Positions 1 to 8,431 of a stretch of DNA of 52,743 bases are shown here, in pieces. The position numbers were made by a program, and so were the translations under genes. The number at the start of each line of letters is the position of its first letter. Within the stretch, counting starts at the first letter, position 1. The DNA is taken from contig QHTZ01000068.1 in the NCBI GenBank assembly GCA_003221005.1, positions 1-52,743 on the forward strand, in the 5' to 3' direction. The notes under the pieces were generated by a model. It had not been told where the DNA came from and searched no databases. It worked only from the letters and a program-made list of their open reading frames with translations. Source of the DNA: Gemmatimonadota bacterium (GTDB lineage: Bacteria > Gemmatimonadota > Gemmatimonadetes > Gemmatimonadales > GWC2-71-9).

Positions 1-135
1 GTCCCCCTTGAGGCTCGAGTCCAGCAGCTCCACGGCGGTGGCCACTTCCTCCGGGCGGAACACACCGGCGGCCGCCGTCAGCCGCTCAAGCCGTGCGCGC
101 TGCGCGCGACCGACGGGACGGAGCGAGCAGCTCAC
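1..135 (-). CDS. N-terminus of a probable GNAT N-acetyltransferase (runs off window edge)
   Basis: Not in ORF track. GTG at 135 gives MSCSLRPVGRAQRARLERLTAAAGVFRPEEVATAVELLDSSLKGD, overlapping the end of the upstream ligase; resembles GNAT N-termini found after paired Ddl-like genes. Confidence 0.6.
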   Translation of the reverse strand, partial: MSCSLRPVGRAQRARLERLTAAAGVFRPEEVATAVELLDSSLKGD

Positions 136-1105
136 GCGCCGCTTTGCTGCCTTGCGCCTCGCGGAGCGCGACCTCGGCGATGCGCCGCACCAGCTCCGCG
201 TAATCCCAGCCCGCCGCCTTCGCCATGCGCGACAGGCCGGCGTCGTCGTTCAGGTCCGGGTTCGGGTTGACCTCGAGCACCCAGGGACGGCCCTGCTCGT
301 CCACGCGCAGGTCCACGCGGCCGTACCCCTTGCCCTCCATCGCGCGCCACGCCGTCTCGGCGATCCGGACGAGCCGGTCGGCGAGTTTTTGCGGCAGGCT
401 GGCCGGGCACACGGGTACGCTCCCCAGATCATCGGGGGAGCCCGTGTCCCACTTGGCGGCGTAGGTCAGGATCGGCCAGCTCCCCGGAGGCATCCCGGAG
501 AAATCGATCTCCGCGATGGGCAGCGCGCGGTCCCCGACGAACCCGACGTTGAGCTCCCGCCCCGCGACGTACTGCTGGACCAGGACTTCGTCGAACTGCT
601 CGGTCATCGCCGCCACGCGAGCCCTGAGCGCCTTGCGGTCTGCGACCACCGAGCCCCGGTCGAGCCCCGCACTCGCGTCCTCGGCCGCCGGCTTGATGAT
701 GGCGGGGAGCGGAAAGTCGTCCTGGATCCTGCCTTGGGCGACGGTCCAGCGCGGGATCGGGAGGCCGGCCTGGGTGAGAATCGCGTTGGCCGTGGCCTTG
801 CGCCGGCACGCCGCGAGCGTCCAGGCGCTCGCCCCGGTCACGGGAACGCCCGCGAACTCGAGCGTCGCCACGACGTGCTCCTCCCACTCGCTCCGGCCGT
901 GGACCCCCTCGCAGAGATTGAAGGCGAGGTCGGCCTGGCGCGCCGCCTGGAACCAGCGCATGTCGTGCCGCACCGGCTGCTTGCGGACGGCGTGTCCCAG
1001 CGCCGCGAAGCTCTGACCGACCTGGGTCACGGCCTGCATCACACCGCGCACGTCCTCGGCAGTCCAATCCTCGGCGCCGGGGTCGTACAAAATCACGACC
1101 CTCAT
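86..1105 (-). CDS. ATP-grasp ligase, D-alanine--D-alanine ligase-like
   Basis: FNLCEG, IIKPAAEDASAG, YGRVDLR, LEVNPNP motifs; lacks the canonical Ddl N-terminal GGxSxE motif. Confidence 0.85.
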   Translation of the reverse strand: MRVVILYDPGAEDWTAEDVRGVMQAVTQVGQSFAALGHAVRKQPVRHDMRWFQAARQADLAFNLCEGVHGRSEWEEHVVATLEFAGVPVTGASAWTLAACRRKATANAILTQAGLPIPRWTVAQGRIQDDFPLPAIIKPAAEDASAGLDRGSVVADRKALRARVAAMTEQFDEVLVQQYVAGRELNVGFVGDRALPIAEIDFSGMPPGSWPILTYAAKWDTGSPDDLGSVPVCPASLPQKLADRLVRIAETAWRAMEGKGYGRVDLRVDEQGRPWVLEVNPNPDLNDDAGLSRMAKAAGWDYAELVRRIAEVALREAQGSKAARELLAPSRRSRAARTA

Positions 1106-2187
1106 GCGGTGGCCGTCGCTGGCTCGTGTGCGGGCGAGGCACGCCTCGCCCCAGCTTCGGTTGAAAGGTCCCGTCCCGTCAGCCGCCGCCAGGCGATGCG
1201 GACCACGTCCTGGATCAGCTCGTCGTAGGACAGGCCTGCGGCTCGGGCAGCCTTGGGGAAGCAGGAGTTCATCGCCGGGTCGGGGAGGATGCCCGGCAGC
1301 GGGTTCAGCTCGAGGACGTTAGGGACGCCGAACCGGTCCACACGCACGTCCACCCGGCACCAGTCGCGACACCCCACGGTGTGGAAGGCGTCCAGGGCCG
1401 TCCGCTCCACCTCCCGGTATAGCGCCGGCGGGACGGGAGCGGGACACTGGAAGATCGCGAGCGGCTGCTCGGGAGTGTCCCATACCCACTTCGCCTCGTA
1501 CCCATAGACGGGCGGCGCCCCTGCTGGCAGGGCGGCGAAATCGAACCCCACGAGCGGCAGGCAATAGGCGTCGGCGCCGTTGCCGAGGATCGCGACGGTG
1601 AACTCCGGGCCCGGGAGGTAGGTCTCGACGAGCACCGGCTCGGCATAACGCGCCAGCAGACTGGCAGCGCGTTGGGCGAGCTGCGCCGGCGATTCGCACA
1701 GGTTGTTCGCGAATACACCCTTGCTCGAGCCCTCGGCGACCGGCTTCACGAAGACGGGGTACGGCAGCGTCATCTGGGCCAAGTCCTCCGGGCGCTCGAT
1801 GCACACGAACGGCGGCGTGGGGACGCCGCGGTAGGCGAGCAGCTCTTTGGCGCGGGCTTTGTGCAGGGCGAGCGCGAGGGCGAGCGGGTCGCTCCCCGTG
1901 TAGCGGACGTTCAGATACTCACAGATCGCCGGGACCAGGGACTCACGGTTCGGTCCGTGGAGGCCCTCGGCCATGTTGAAGACGATGTCAGGACGAGTGA
2001 GGGCGAGCTTGTGGGGGAACGACGCGTCCGCTTCGAGGCGGATGACGTTGCCGATGTCTTCGAGGGCACGCGCCACGGCGTCGATGGTGGCGGGCTCGTC
2101 CCATTCAGCGAACGCATCGCTGGGACTGGGAGGCTCGTCGGCGGTGCTGGGGTCCGGTTTCTGATTGTAGGCGAGACCGATTCGCAT
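1102..2187 (-). CDS. ATP-grasp ligase, D-alanine--D-alanine ligase-like
   Basis: VFNMAEG, YTGSDP, FVKPVAEGSSKG, RVDVR, LELNPLPG; ATGA overlap with next gene; AGGAGG upstream. Confidence 0.88.
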   Translation of the reverse strand: MRIGLAYNQKPDPSTADEPPSPSDAFAEWDEPATIDAVARALEDIGNVIRLEADASFPHKLALTRPDIVFNMAEGLHGPNRESLVPAICEYLNVRYTGSDPLALALALHKARAKELLAYRGVPTPPFVCIERPEDLAQMTLPYPVFVKPVAEGSSKGVFANNLCESPAQLAQRAASLLARYAEPVLVETYLPGPEFTVAILGNGADAYCLPLVGFDFAALPAGAPPVYGYEAKWVWDTPEQPLAIFQCPAPVPPALYREVERTALDAFHTVGCRDWCRVDVRVDRFGVPNVLELNPLPGILPDPAMNSCFPKAARAAGLSYDELIQDVVRIAWRRLTGRDLSTEAGARRASPAHEPATATA

Positions 2188-2262
2188 GTGGTCTCGGGTG
2201 ACCTCCTACAAAAAAGGCCGCGCGATTGCGGTCTGGACACGATGACGACGTTGTCGCGTTAC

Positions 2263-2291
2263 ACAATATGAAAAACCGGAGCGATGCGCAA
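2263..2291 (-). promoter_or_regulatory. sigma70-type promoter of the ATP-grasp operon
   Basis: TTGCGC-17 nt-TATTGT on minus strand, A/T-rich tract upstream. Confidence 0.55.
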
Positions 2292-2320
2292 TAGGGAAAT
2301 TCCGGATTTTTTTCTGACGC

Positions 2321-2369
2321 TGATGTCCGACGTCCGAGCTCTGACGTCACACATCAGACATCGGACGTT
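2321..2369. repeat. heptamer tandem array (YGAYGTC) followed by its reverse complement
   Basis: tgatgtc cgacgtc cgagctc tgacgtc / acacatc agacatc ggacgtt, abutting the thyX stop. Confidence 0.75.
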
Positions 2370-3120
2370 AGACTTTGTGGTAGGAGACGCGCGCGGCTTC
2401 CTGTTTGTCGTCGGCGACGTAGATCTCGAAGTCGGAGAACAGCGCACCAGCTTCTGCGCGGAGCGTTCGCAGGCACGCGACCGCCATGCGGCGGATCTCG
2501 AGCTCGGCGCCCTCGCCGCACCGTAGCTCGAGCATGGTGCGCCACGCGCGCGCGTTGCCGGAGACCACGATCTTCACCTCCGTTGCGTTCGGCAGCACGC
2601 TGCGCGCGGCCTCGCGCGCCACTTTGCGGCGGTGCACCTTGTCGTTCACCCAGGCGTGTCGTTCCAGCAGCGCCTCGACCGCGCGGACGTAGGCCGCCTG
2701 CGCGTCGGTGACCTCCCGCTCCCATTCCGCTTCGAGCGTCGCGTCACCCAGGATCGCGGGCGGCATCACGAACGCCGCGTGGGACTCGTCCACGTAACGC
2801 TGGGAGAGCTGCGAGTACCCGAAGCCGGCGCGGTGCCGCACCAGCTCGTGCGAGCAGGAGCGGGAGATGCCCTCGATGAGCAGCACGTAGACCGAGTGTT
2901 CCAGCACCGAGCCGTGGCCCTGCTGCTTGATGTTCTCGAGGTATTCCGCCGTGGTCCGGTGCACCGGGTTGTGTTGGCTCATGTAACACACGCGCCCGGC
3001 GTACTCGGCGAGCCGCTCGCCGTCCGATGCCTCGCCGCGCCACTGCACCTTGAGGTGCTCGGGCTCGAGGAACTGAGGCCGGGCGATCAGCGTGACGCGC
3101 GGGGCGCGGAAGATCTCCAT
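2368..3120 (-). CDS. thyX: FAD-dependent thymidylate synthase
   Basis: True start ATG at 3120 (MEIFRAP, TGATG coupling); GHGSVLEH and ISRSCSHELVRHRAGFGYSQLSQRY (RHRx8S ThyX motif). Confidence 0.95.
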   Translation of the reverse strand: MEIFRAPRVTLIARPQFLEPEHLKVQWRGEASDGERLAEYAGRVCYMSQHNPVHRTTAEYLENIKQQGHGSVLEHSVYVLLIEGISRSCSHELVRHRAGFGYSQLSQRYVDESHAAFVMPPAILGDATLEAEWEREVTDAQAAYVRAVEALLERHAWVNDKVHRRKVAREAARSVLPNATEVKIVVSGNARAWRTMLELRCGEGAELEIRRMAVACLRTLRAEAGALFSDFEIYVADDKQEAARVSYHKV

Positions 3121-4691
3121 CAGTTCGCGAGCTCGGTCTTGGGGGTCGCCCACCCGGCGCCCTGCTCGAGCGCGCGCAGCCGGTGGGCGATGTCGTCGGG
3201 AATGGGCGTCGCGTCCGGCCCGACTTTGAGGTCGGCGAGGGGCGCCCAATCGGTCGCGGGAAGTATAACGCCCGGGTTGAAGACGCCCAGCGGGTCGTAT
3301 GCCTGCTTCAGCTCGCGGAACAGCGCCATGACCTCGGAACCGTAAAACCGCTCGAGCACCCCGGCGCGCAGGCGGCCCACGCCATGCTCGCCGCTCGGCA
3401 CCCCGCCCAGCTCGAGGACCAGGTCCGTGGCGGCGGCGTACAGCGCGGCGAGCGCGTCCTTCCAGCCTAGCCGGGTCGTGTCGGGCAGCGCGTTGACATG
3501 CACGTGGCCGTCGCCTGCGTGCCCGAAGACGGCTACGGGGATCCGCTGCCGGTCCGCCGCCGCGCGGATGCCGTCGATGTAGGCCGCGAGCCGCTCGAGC
3601 GGGACGCACGCGTCCTCGACGACCTGGAGCGAGCGCTGCGTCTCCGGGAGCCGGGCGAGCGCCGGACTCGCAAGGCGCCGGACCGCCCACAGTCGCTCGA
3701 GCCCGGCGCGGTCCACGGCCGTCTCCACATGAGCCGTGTAGTCCTTTAGTCCCCGAACGGCGTCTCCGACCACGCCGTGAGCCGCCGCCGCAGTGTCGCG
3801 CTCGAACTCGACCAGCAAGACCCCCGCCAGGTCGGGTGGCAGGTCCGTCCCCGCCTCCCGCACCAGGCTCAGGAACGTGCGGTCGAGCAACTCGACGGCC
3901 GAAGGGTTGAGCGCGACGAGGTAGGGGACGGCCGCAGCGAGGGCTTCCAGGCTCGCGAACCCCAGCACCGCGCCCGCCACGTCGGGCGGAATCGGCTCGA
4001 GCCGCCACTCGACCGCGGTGACGATGGCGAGCGTGCCCTCGGCGCCGATCAAGAGGTCCAGCTCGTCGGCCGTCTCGGCGTAGCGGTCGAGCGCGTATCC
4101 GGTCGAGCTCTTGCGGGTGCGGGGAAAGCGCTGGCGCACCAGCTCTGCCGCCGCGGGCTCGAGGTGCCAGCGCGCGGTGCCGTGGACGCCCCGCTCTACG
4201 CGCCGGGTCGCGCCGTCCTGCTCGACCACCTCGACGGCCTCGACCCAATTACGCACGCTGCCGCAGCGCACTGAGCGCGGCCCAGCGGCATTGGTCGCGA
4301 CCATACCGCCCGAGGTCGCGAACGCTCCGGAGGACGGGTCGGGCGGCAGCCGCAGGCCGAACGGCCGCGCCGCTTCGTTCACCTGTGCCCAGGTCACCGA
4401 CGCACCGGCCCAGAGCGTGCGCTTGGTCCAGTTGGGCGCCAGCCAGTGGAATCCCTGGCTCAGGTCCACGATCACGCCGCTGCCGACACTCCCGCCCGCC
4501 AGTCCGCTCCCCGAGCCGCGAGGCACCAGCGGCGTGCGCGACTCTGCAGCCCACCGCACGAGCTGCTGCAGCTGCTCCACGCCCCGGACCACGGCGGCGC
4601 CGACGGGAATGATCCGGTAGATCCCCGCGCCCTCGGAATACGCTGCGCGGATGCGGGGATCGGTCAGGAGCGCGGGCTGGGGATGCGTCAA
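3120..4691 (-). CDS. FAD-binding oxidoreductase, GlcD/D-lactate dehydrogenase (VAO) family
   Basis: PRGSGSGLAGG, GAEGTLAIVT, FGHAGDGHVHVN, SGEHGVG, DPLGVFNPG. Confidence 0.88.
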   Translation of the reverse strand: MTHPQPALLTDPRIRAAYSEGAGIYRIIPVGAAVVRGVEQLQQLVRWAAESRTPLVPRGSGSGLAGGSVGSGVIVDLSQGFHWLAPNWTKRTLWAGASVTWAQVNEAARPFGLRLPPDPSSGAFATSGGMVATNAAGPRSVRCGSVRNWVEAVEVVEQDGATRRVERGVHGTARWHLEPAAAELVRQRFPRTRKSSTGYALDRYAETADELDLLIGAEGTLAIVTAVEWRLEPIPPDVAGAVLGFASLEALAAAVPYLVALNPSAVELLDRTFLSLVREAGTDLPPDLAGVLLVEFERDTAAAAHGVVGDAVRGLKDYTAHVETAVDRAGLERLWAVRRLASPALARLPETQRSLQVVEDACVPLERLAAYIDGIRAAADRQRIPVAVFGHAGDGHVHVNALPDTTRLGWKDALAALYAAATDLVLELGGVPSGEHGVGRLRAGVLERFYGSEVMALFRELKQAYDPLGVFNPGVILPATDWAPLADLKVGPDATPIPDDIAHRLRALEQGAGWATPKTELAN

Positions 4692-4697
4692 GGTGTC

Positions 4698-4763
4698 TGC
4701 GTGGTGCGTGGTACGTGGTGTGTCACGGCTCAGAACTTACCACGCACCACGCACCACGCACCA
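4698..4763. repeat. (TGCGTGG)x3 ... (CCACGCA)x3 inverted heptamer arrays
   Basis: Read directly; arms are reverse complements about 21 nt apart. Confidence 0.9.
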
Positions 4764-4770
4764 TTCGTGC

Positions 4771-4800
4771 TTGACACCGCCTGAGGGCCGAGTGAAGCTT
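4771..4800 (+). promoter_or_regulatory. probable leaderless-type promoter
   Basis: TTGACA-18 nt-AAGCTT, 8 nt before ATG 4809, no SD. Confidence 0.5.
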
Positions 4801-4808
4801 GACCCGCT

Positions 4809-5606
4809 ATGGCCGACGCAGCCCGCGCGCACCTCATTCATATCGAGACCGACCGGCGTCTCGGTCACGAGTGGGATGAGTGGGATGGCCGGCCGCTCGC
4901 GAACGGCGGCGACTTCTCCGCGCCGCCGGGACTCTTCTTCCGGTACGCGGCACTCACGATCTGCGTCGCGTTCGCCGCGCTCGCCACGCTCCTGTACCTC
5001 CTCACCCCGCGCCTCGCGCTCGTGCACGCGGCGCTTCCCGCGGCGCTGGCGTGGACCATCGCGGCGGGGTTCGCCGTCGCGATCCTGTGGTTCGTGATCC
5101 TGTTGCTTTCCTTTTATGGAGGCGTGCCCCTGGTCCCCGAGGGGCTGCTGGAGCGCGGCCCGTACTTGCGCCTCATGAACCTGTCGTCCCTCGTCGCGAG
5201 AGCGTTCCGCCGCCGCGACTGGGTGGAGCATGCCGCGATCGACGTCTACAACGCGCTGGCGGAGCGGCGGCGGCGGCGGGTGGGGAAGGGTGAGCTGCTG
5301 GTGCTCATTCCGCGGTGTCTATCCAAGCAGGCGCTGGACGGTGTGCTCTCGATCGCCGGCCGCTACGACGTGCCGGTCTTCGTCGCTACCCGGGGCCAGC
5401 TCGCGCGCCGGGTGATCCGCGAGCGGCGGCCGCGGGCCGTCGTTGCGGTGGCGTGCGAGCGCGACATGATGACGGGTCTGCGGGACGTCGCGGGCAGGCT
5501 TCCCGTGCTCGGGCTCACGATGCAGCTCCCCAACGGCCCCTGCCGCGATGCCCTGCTGGATCTCGACGTGATGGATCGCTGGGTGCGCGCCCTCGTGGGG
5601 GCGTGA
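4809..5606 (+). CDS. DUF116-family membrane protein
   Basis: Two N-terminal TM segments, LIPRCL, VAVACERD, NGPCRD motifs. Confidence 0.75.
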   Translation: MADAARAHLIHIETDRRLGHEWDEWDGRPLANGGDFSAPPGLFFRYAALTICVAFAALATLLYLLTPRLALVHAALPAALAWTIAAGFAVAILWFVILLLSFYGGVPLVPEGLLERGPYLRLMNLSSLVARAFRRRDWVEHAAIDVYNALAERRRRRVGKGELLVLIPRCLSKQALDGVLSIAGRYDVPVFVATRGQLARRVIRERRPRAVVAVACERDMMTGLRDVAGRLPVLGLTMQLPNGPCRDALLDLDVMDRWVRALVGA

Positions 5607-5607
5607 C

Positions 5608-6129
5608 TCACGGCGTCGTCTTCGGCGACCCGAATTTCTCTTTCAACTGCGCCAGCAGCTTCGCCGCGAGCTTGTAGCCGTCGTGTCCCTCGGGCAGCAC
5701 GGCCTCGAGATCCCGCTCCAGGCGTGATGGGTCGTACCGGGGGCGGTATGCGGCCTCGATCGTGAAGATCGTCTCCGTGGGCACGTATGGATCCGCCCAG
5801 CCGCGCAGCTTCACGGTGCTCGCCAGGTCCGGCACGTTGGCGCCATCCCCGAAGGAGCGGTGGGTCCGCACGTCGTACCAGTCGGTCTCGAGGTAGCCGT
5901 CCCGCGGGCTCGCGCGCTTCACGCGCAGGCTCTCGGCCGCTACTAACGTCGCAAGCACCGGAATGACCCGCTCGGGGCGCGCCAGCAGCACGGCGGTGAG
6001 CGCCTGGGGGAAGGGTCGGAAGTCGGGGCGGGTGGTGGCGGGGTTGCAAGCGGCGAGAAGCAAGGCGAATGCGGAATGCGAAATGCGGCATGCGGAATGA
6101 AACGGGATAGGTCGATTCCGCATTTGCAT
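5608..6129 (-). CDS. hypothetical lipoprotein
   Basis: Start ATG 6129 overlapping upstream TAA; lipobox LLLAAC; 3' part of the 638-aa track ORF. Confidence 0.7.
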   Translation of the reverse strand: MQMRNRPIPFHSACRISHSAFALLLAACNPATTRPDFRPFPQALTAVLLARPERVIPVLATLVAAESLRVKRASPRDGYLETDWYDVRTHRSFGDGANVPDLASTVKLRGWADPYVPTETIFTIEAAYRPRYDPSRLERDLEAVLPEGHDGYKLAAKLLAQLKEKFGSPKTTP

Positions 6130-6130
6130 T
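6067..6130. repeat. (GAATGCG)x4-5 with partial inverted arm, inside signal-peptide coding region
   Basis: gaatgcg gaatgcg aaatgcg gcatgcg gaatg ... attccgcatttgcatt. Confidence 0.75.
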
Positions 6131-6656
6131 AGTGCTCGTGCTCCGCTGCTCCTGCTTCGCCTTCGTGATGGTGGTGAGACTGCGCCCGGTCCTGGATCTC
6201 CGCCTGCATGGCCGCCGTGGTCACCCCGGCCCCGTGCTCGAACGCCATCTTGCCCCCGAGCCACGCGGTCCAGATGACCCCCACGAACCCGGCCACTGAA
6301 AGCCCGCGCAGGGCCAGCTCTTCGCCCGCCGAGAGGCGCGCGCGCCGGAACAGCTTGTAGCCGAGCACCGCGGTGAAAATGCCCATGGTGATGAGCGCAA
6401 ACGTCTCGTGGTCCTCCATCAGCTCGTGAAGCGCTTCGCCGGGCTCGATGACCTCTTCGGCTTGCAGACCCGCGATGACCGCCGCCCACCCGCCGACGAC
6501 GCCGGCCCACAGCGTCCACAGCGCCGCGGCCCGGAGCGAGTCCCGCCGCGTGAGCCAGGCGGCCAGGTCGAAGAGAACGGTCGCGAACAGCAGGGCCGCG
6601 GGGAGATCGTTCAGCGCGGCGTGCAGGCGAGGCCAGTCGAAGCCGAGGTCGTGCAC
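6129..6656 (-). CDS. DUF2231-like membrane protein with His-rich tail
   Basis: Four TM segments, LHAALNDLP, conserved HE, GGKMAFEHG. Confidence 0.7.
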   Translation of the reverse strand: MHDLGFDWPRLHAALNDLPAALLFATVLFDLAAWLTRRDSLRAAALWTLWAGVVGGWAAVIAGLQAEEVIEPGEALHELMEDHETFALITMGIFTAVLGYKLFRRARLSAGEELALRGLSVAGFVGVIWTAWLGGKMAFEHGAGVTTAAMQAEIQDRAQSHHHHEGEAGAAEHEH

Positions 6657-6668
6657 GAAGACTCCTGG

Positions 6669-7556
6669 CTAGAGGCCGAGGTCGGATACCTTCGGGGGGT
6701 TGCCGGAATAATCGTAGAACCCTTTGCCGCTCTTCCGGCCCGTCATCCCCGCGAGGACCATGCGCTTGAGCAGGGATGGGGGCGCGTACTTCGCCTCGCG
6801 GTATTCGTCGAACATGATCTCGGCGATCCTGTAGGTAGTGTCGAGCCCGACGAAGTCGAGCAGCGTGAGCGGGCCCATGGGGTGGCCGCATCCGAGCTGC
6901 ATCGCGCGATCGATGTCGGCCACGCTGCCGACCCGGTGCTCGACAGCGCGAACGGCGTCGAGGAGATACGGGACCAGGAGCAGATTGACGAGAAACCCCG
7001 AGGCGTCCTTCGCAGCCACGGGCTCCTTGCCCAGCGACTTGGCGAAGGCAAAGGCGCGGCCGTACGTCTCGTCCGACGTGGTCACCGTGCGCACCACCTC
7101 GATGAGCTGCATCAGCGGGACCGGGTTGAAGAAGTGGAGTCCGACGAATCGGTCGCCGCGCTGTGTGGCGGCGGCCATCGCGGCGATCGTGAGGCTCGAT
7201 GTGTTCGAGGCGAAGATGGTGCCACGCCCGCACAAGCCGTCGAGCTGGTTCCAGAGGGCGTTCTTGAGCTCGAGGTCTTCGGTCACCGCCTCGAGAATGA
7301 TGTCGCACCCCTTGAGGTCGCTGGTGTCGGTGGTGAAGCTCAGCCGCTTGAGGGTCGCGTCCCGGTCCGGCGCAGTGAGCTTCCCCTTCTCGACGAACTT
7401 GGCGAGTGACTGCTCGATGTTCGCCCGCGCCCGGCTCCAGATGTCCGGCGCCACGTCGCGCACCAGCGTCTCGTACCCTGCCATGGCGGCGACTTGCGCG
7501 ATGCCGGAGCCCATGAGACCGCACCCCAGCACGCCGACGCGTCGGATGTCGGTCAT
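6669..7556 (-). CDS. 3-hydroxybutyryl-CoA / 3-hydroxyacyl-CoA dehydrogenase
   Basis: GCGLMGSGIAQ, ASNTSSL, GLHFFNPVP, HPMGPL, GRKSGKGFY. Confidence 0.93.
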   Translation of the reverse strand: MTDIRRVGVLGCGLMGSGIAQVAAMAGYETLVRDVAPDIWSRARANIEQSLAKFVEKGKLTAPDRDATLKRLSFTTDTSDLKGCDIILEAVTEDLELKNALWNQLDGLCGRGTIFASNTSSLTIAAMAAATQRGDRFVGLHFFNPVPLMQLIEVVRTVTTSDETYGRAFAFAKSLGKEPVAAKDASGFLVNLLLVPYLLDAVRAVEHRVGSVADIDRAMQLGCGHPMGPLTLLDFVGLDTTYRIAEIMFDEYREAKYAPPSLLKRMVLAGMTGRKSGKGFYDYSGNPPKVSDLGL

Positions 7557-7563
7557 GGCGCCG

Positions 7564-8430
7564 TTATCCCCGGGGCGCCGCCCCGGGGTTCTTCGCGCCG
7601 GGGTTCCTTGGCGCCGCCCCGGGGTTGATCAGCGTGCGCAGCTCGTCCGCGAGCCGCCCGACTGCGGCCGCCGGGCCAGGCAGGGCGGCCTCGGCCCGGA
7701 GGTCGCCGCGCTCGAGCCGGTCGAGGACCTGCTCGAGCGCCACCTGCGCGTGCTCGTTGTCGCGCCGGTGACCGCGCGCGTAGGCCGCCGCCGCAGCCGT
7801 TCCCGCCGCGACCGGTAGCAGGACCCACGGGAGCAGCACTCCCAGGGCAGGTGTGAGCGCAGTAATGATCGCGCCGAGACCGAATAGCAGCGCTGCGCCG
7901 GCGGCCCGCTGCCCGCGCAGGTTGCGGACGTCAGCCTTCAGCTGCACGTGGCAGAACCCGGTCTCGAGCGGGGTCACGCTGCCCGCGACCTCGGCGGTGC
8001 GGGCGAGCGCGAACTTCTTCCCGCCCGCCCCGAAGGCGCGCTGCAGCGACGCGAACGCCCCCGCCTTCGCCTCCCACGTCGTGTGGTCGGCGAAGCGCCG
8101 CTTCACCTGGAGCAGCTCGTCCCGCTCGAGCCAGGAGCCGAGCGCGCGCTCGATCGCGGTGCGATCGCCTGGCACCACGCGGGCCGCCGTCAACGCCGCG
8201 GGCCCGGCGAGCCATGCCAGCGGCCCCCGCCCCGCTCCGACCACGGTGCGGGTCTGCTCCTCGAGCAGCGCCTGCTGGAGGTGCCGCGCCGGAATGCCGA
8301 CTTCCTTTCCCAGCGCCAGGACTTCGTCCCGTGTCAGGCCGTCGCCGATGTCGCGCTCGCCGGCCTGGAGCTCGGCGGCGCGCTGGATGATGCGCTCGAG
8401 CGCGTCGCGGCTGATCAGCTCGCCCGCCAT
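7564..8430 (-). CDS. hypothetical membrane protein
   Basis: Start ATG 8430 directly after SPFH stop; helical N-terminus, two C-terminal TM segments, NPGAAPR repeats at tail. Confidence 0.75.
   Translation of the reverse strand: MAGELISRDALERIIQRAAELQAGERDIGDGLTRDEVLALGKEVGIPARHLQQALLEEQTRTVVGAGRGPLAWLAGPAALTAARVVPGDRTAIERALGSWLERDELLQVKRRFADHTTWEAKAGAFASLQRAFGAGGKKFALARTAEVAGSVTPLETGFCHVQLKADVRNLRGQRAAGAALLFGLGAIITALTPALGVLLPWVLLPVAAGTAAAAAYARGHRRDNEHAQVALEQVLDRLERGDLRAEAALPGPAAAVGRLADELRTLINPGAAPRNPGAKNPGAAPRG
7568..7626. repeat. GC palindrome and 17-nt direct repeat at gene end
   Basis: ccccggggc-gcc-gccccgggg hairpin (7568-7588); ggcgccgccccggggtt at 7574 and 7610. Confidence 0.65.
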
Positions 8431-8431
8431 C

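Noticed and set aside
2368-4248. 626-aa ThyX fusion, and similar long N-terminal extensions at 15835-18588 and 17532-19820
   Set aside because: Extensions overlap real genes in another frame; coupled starts at 3120, 17535 and 18890 explain the layout
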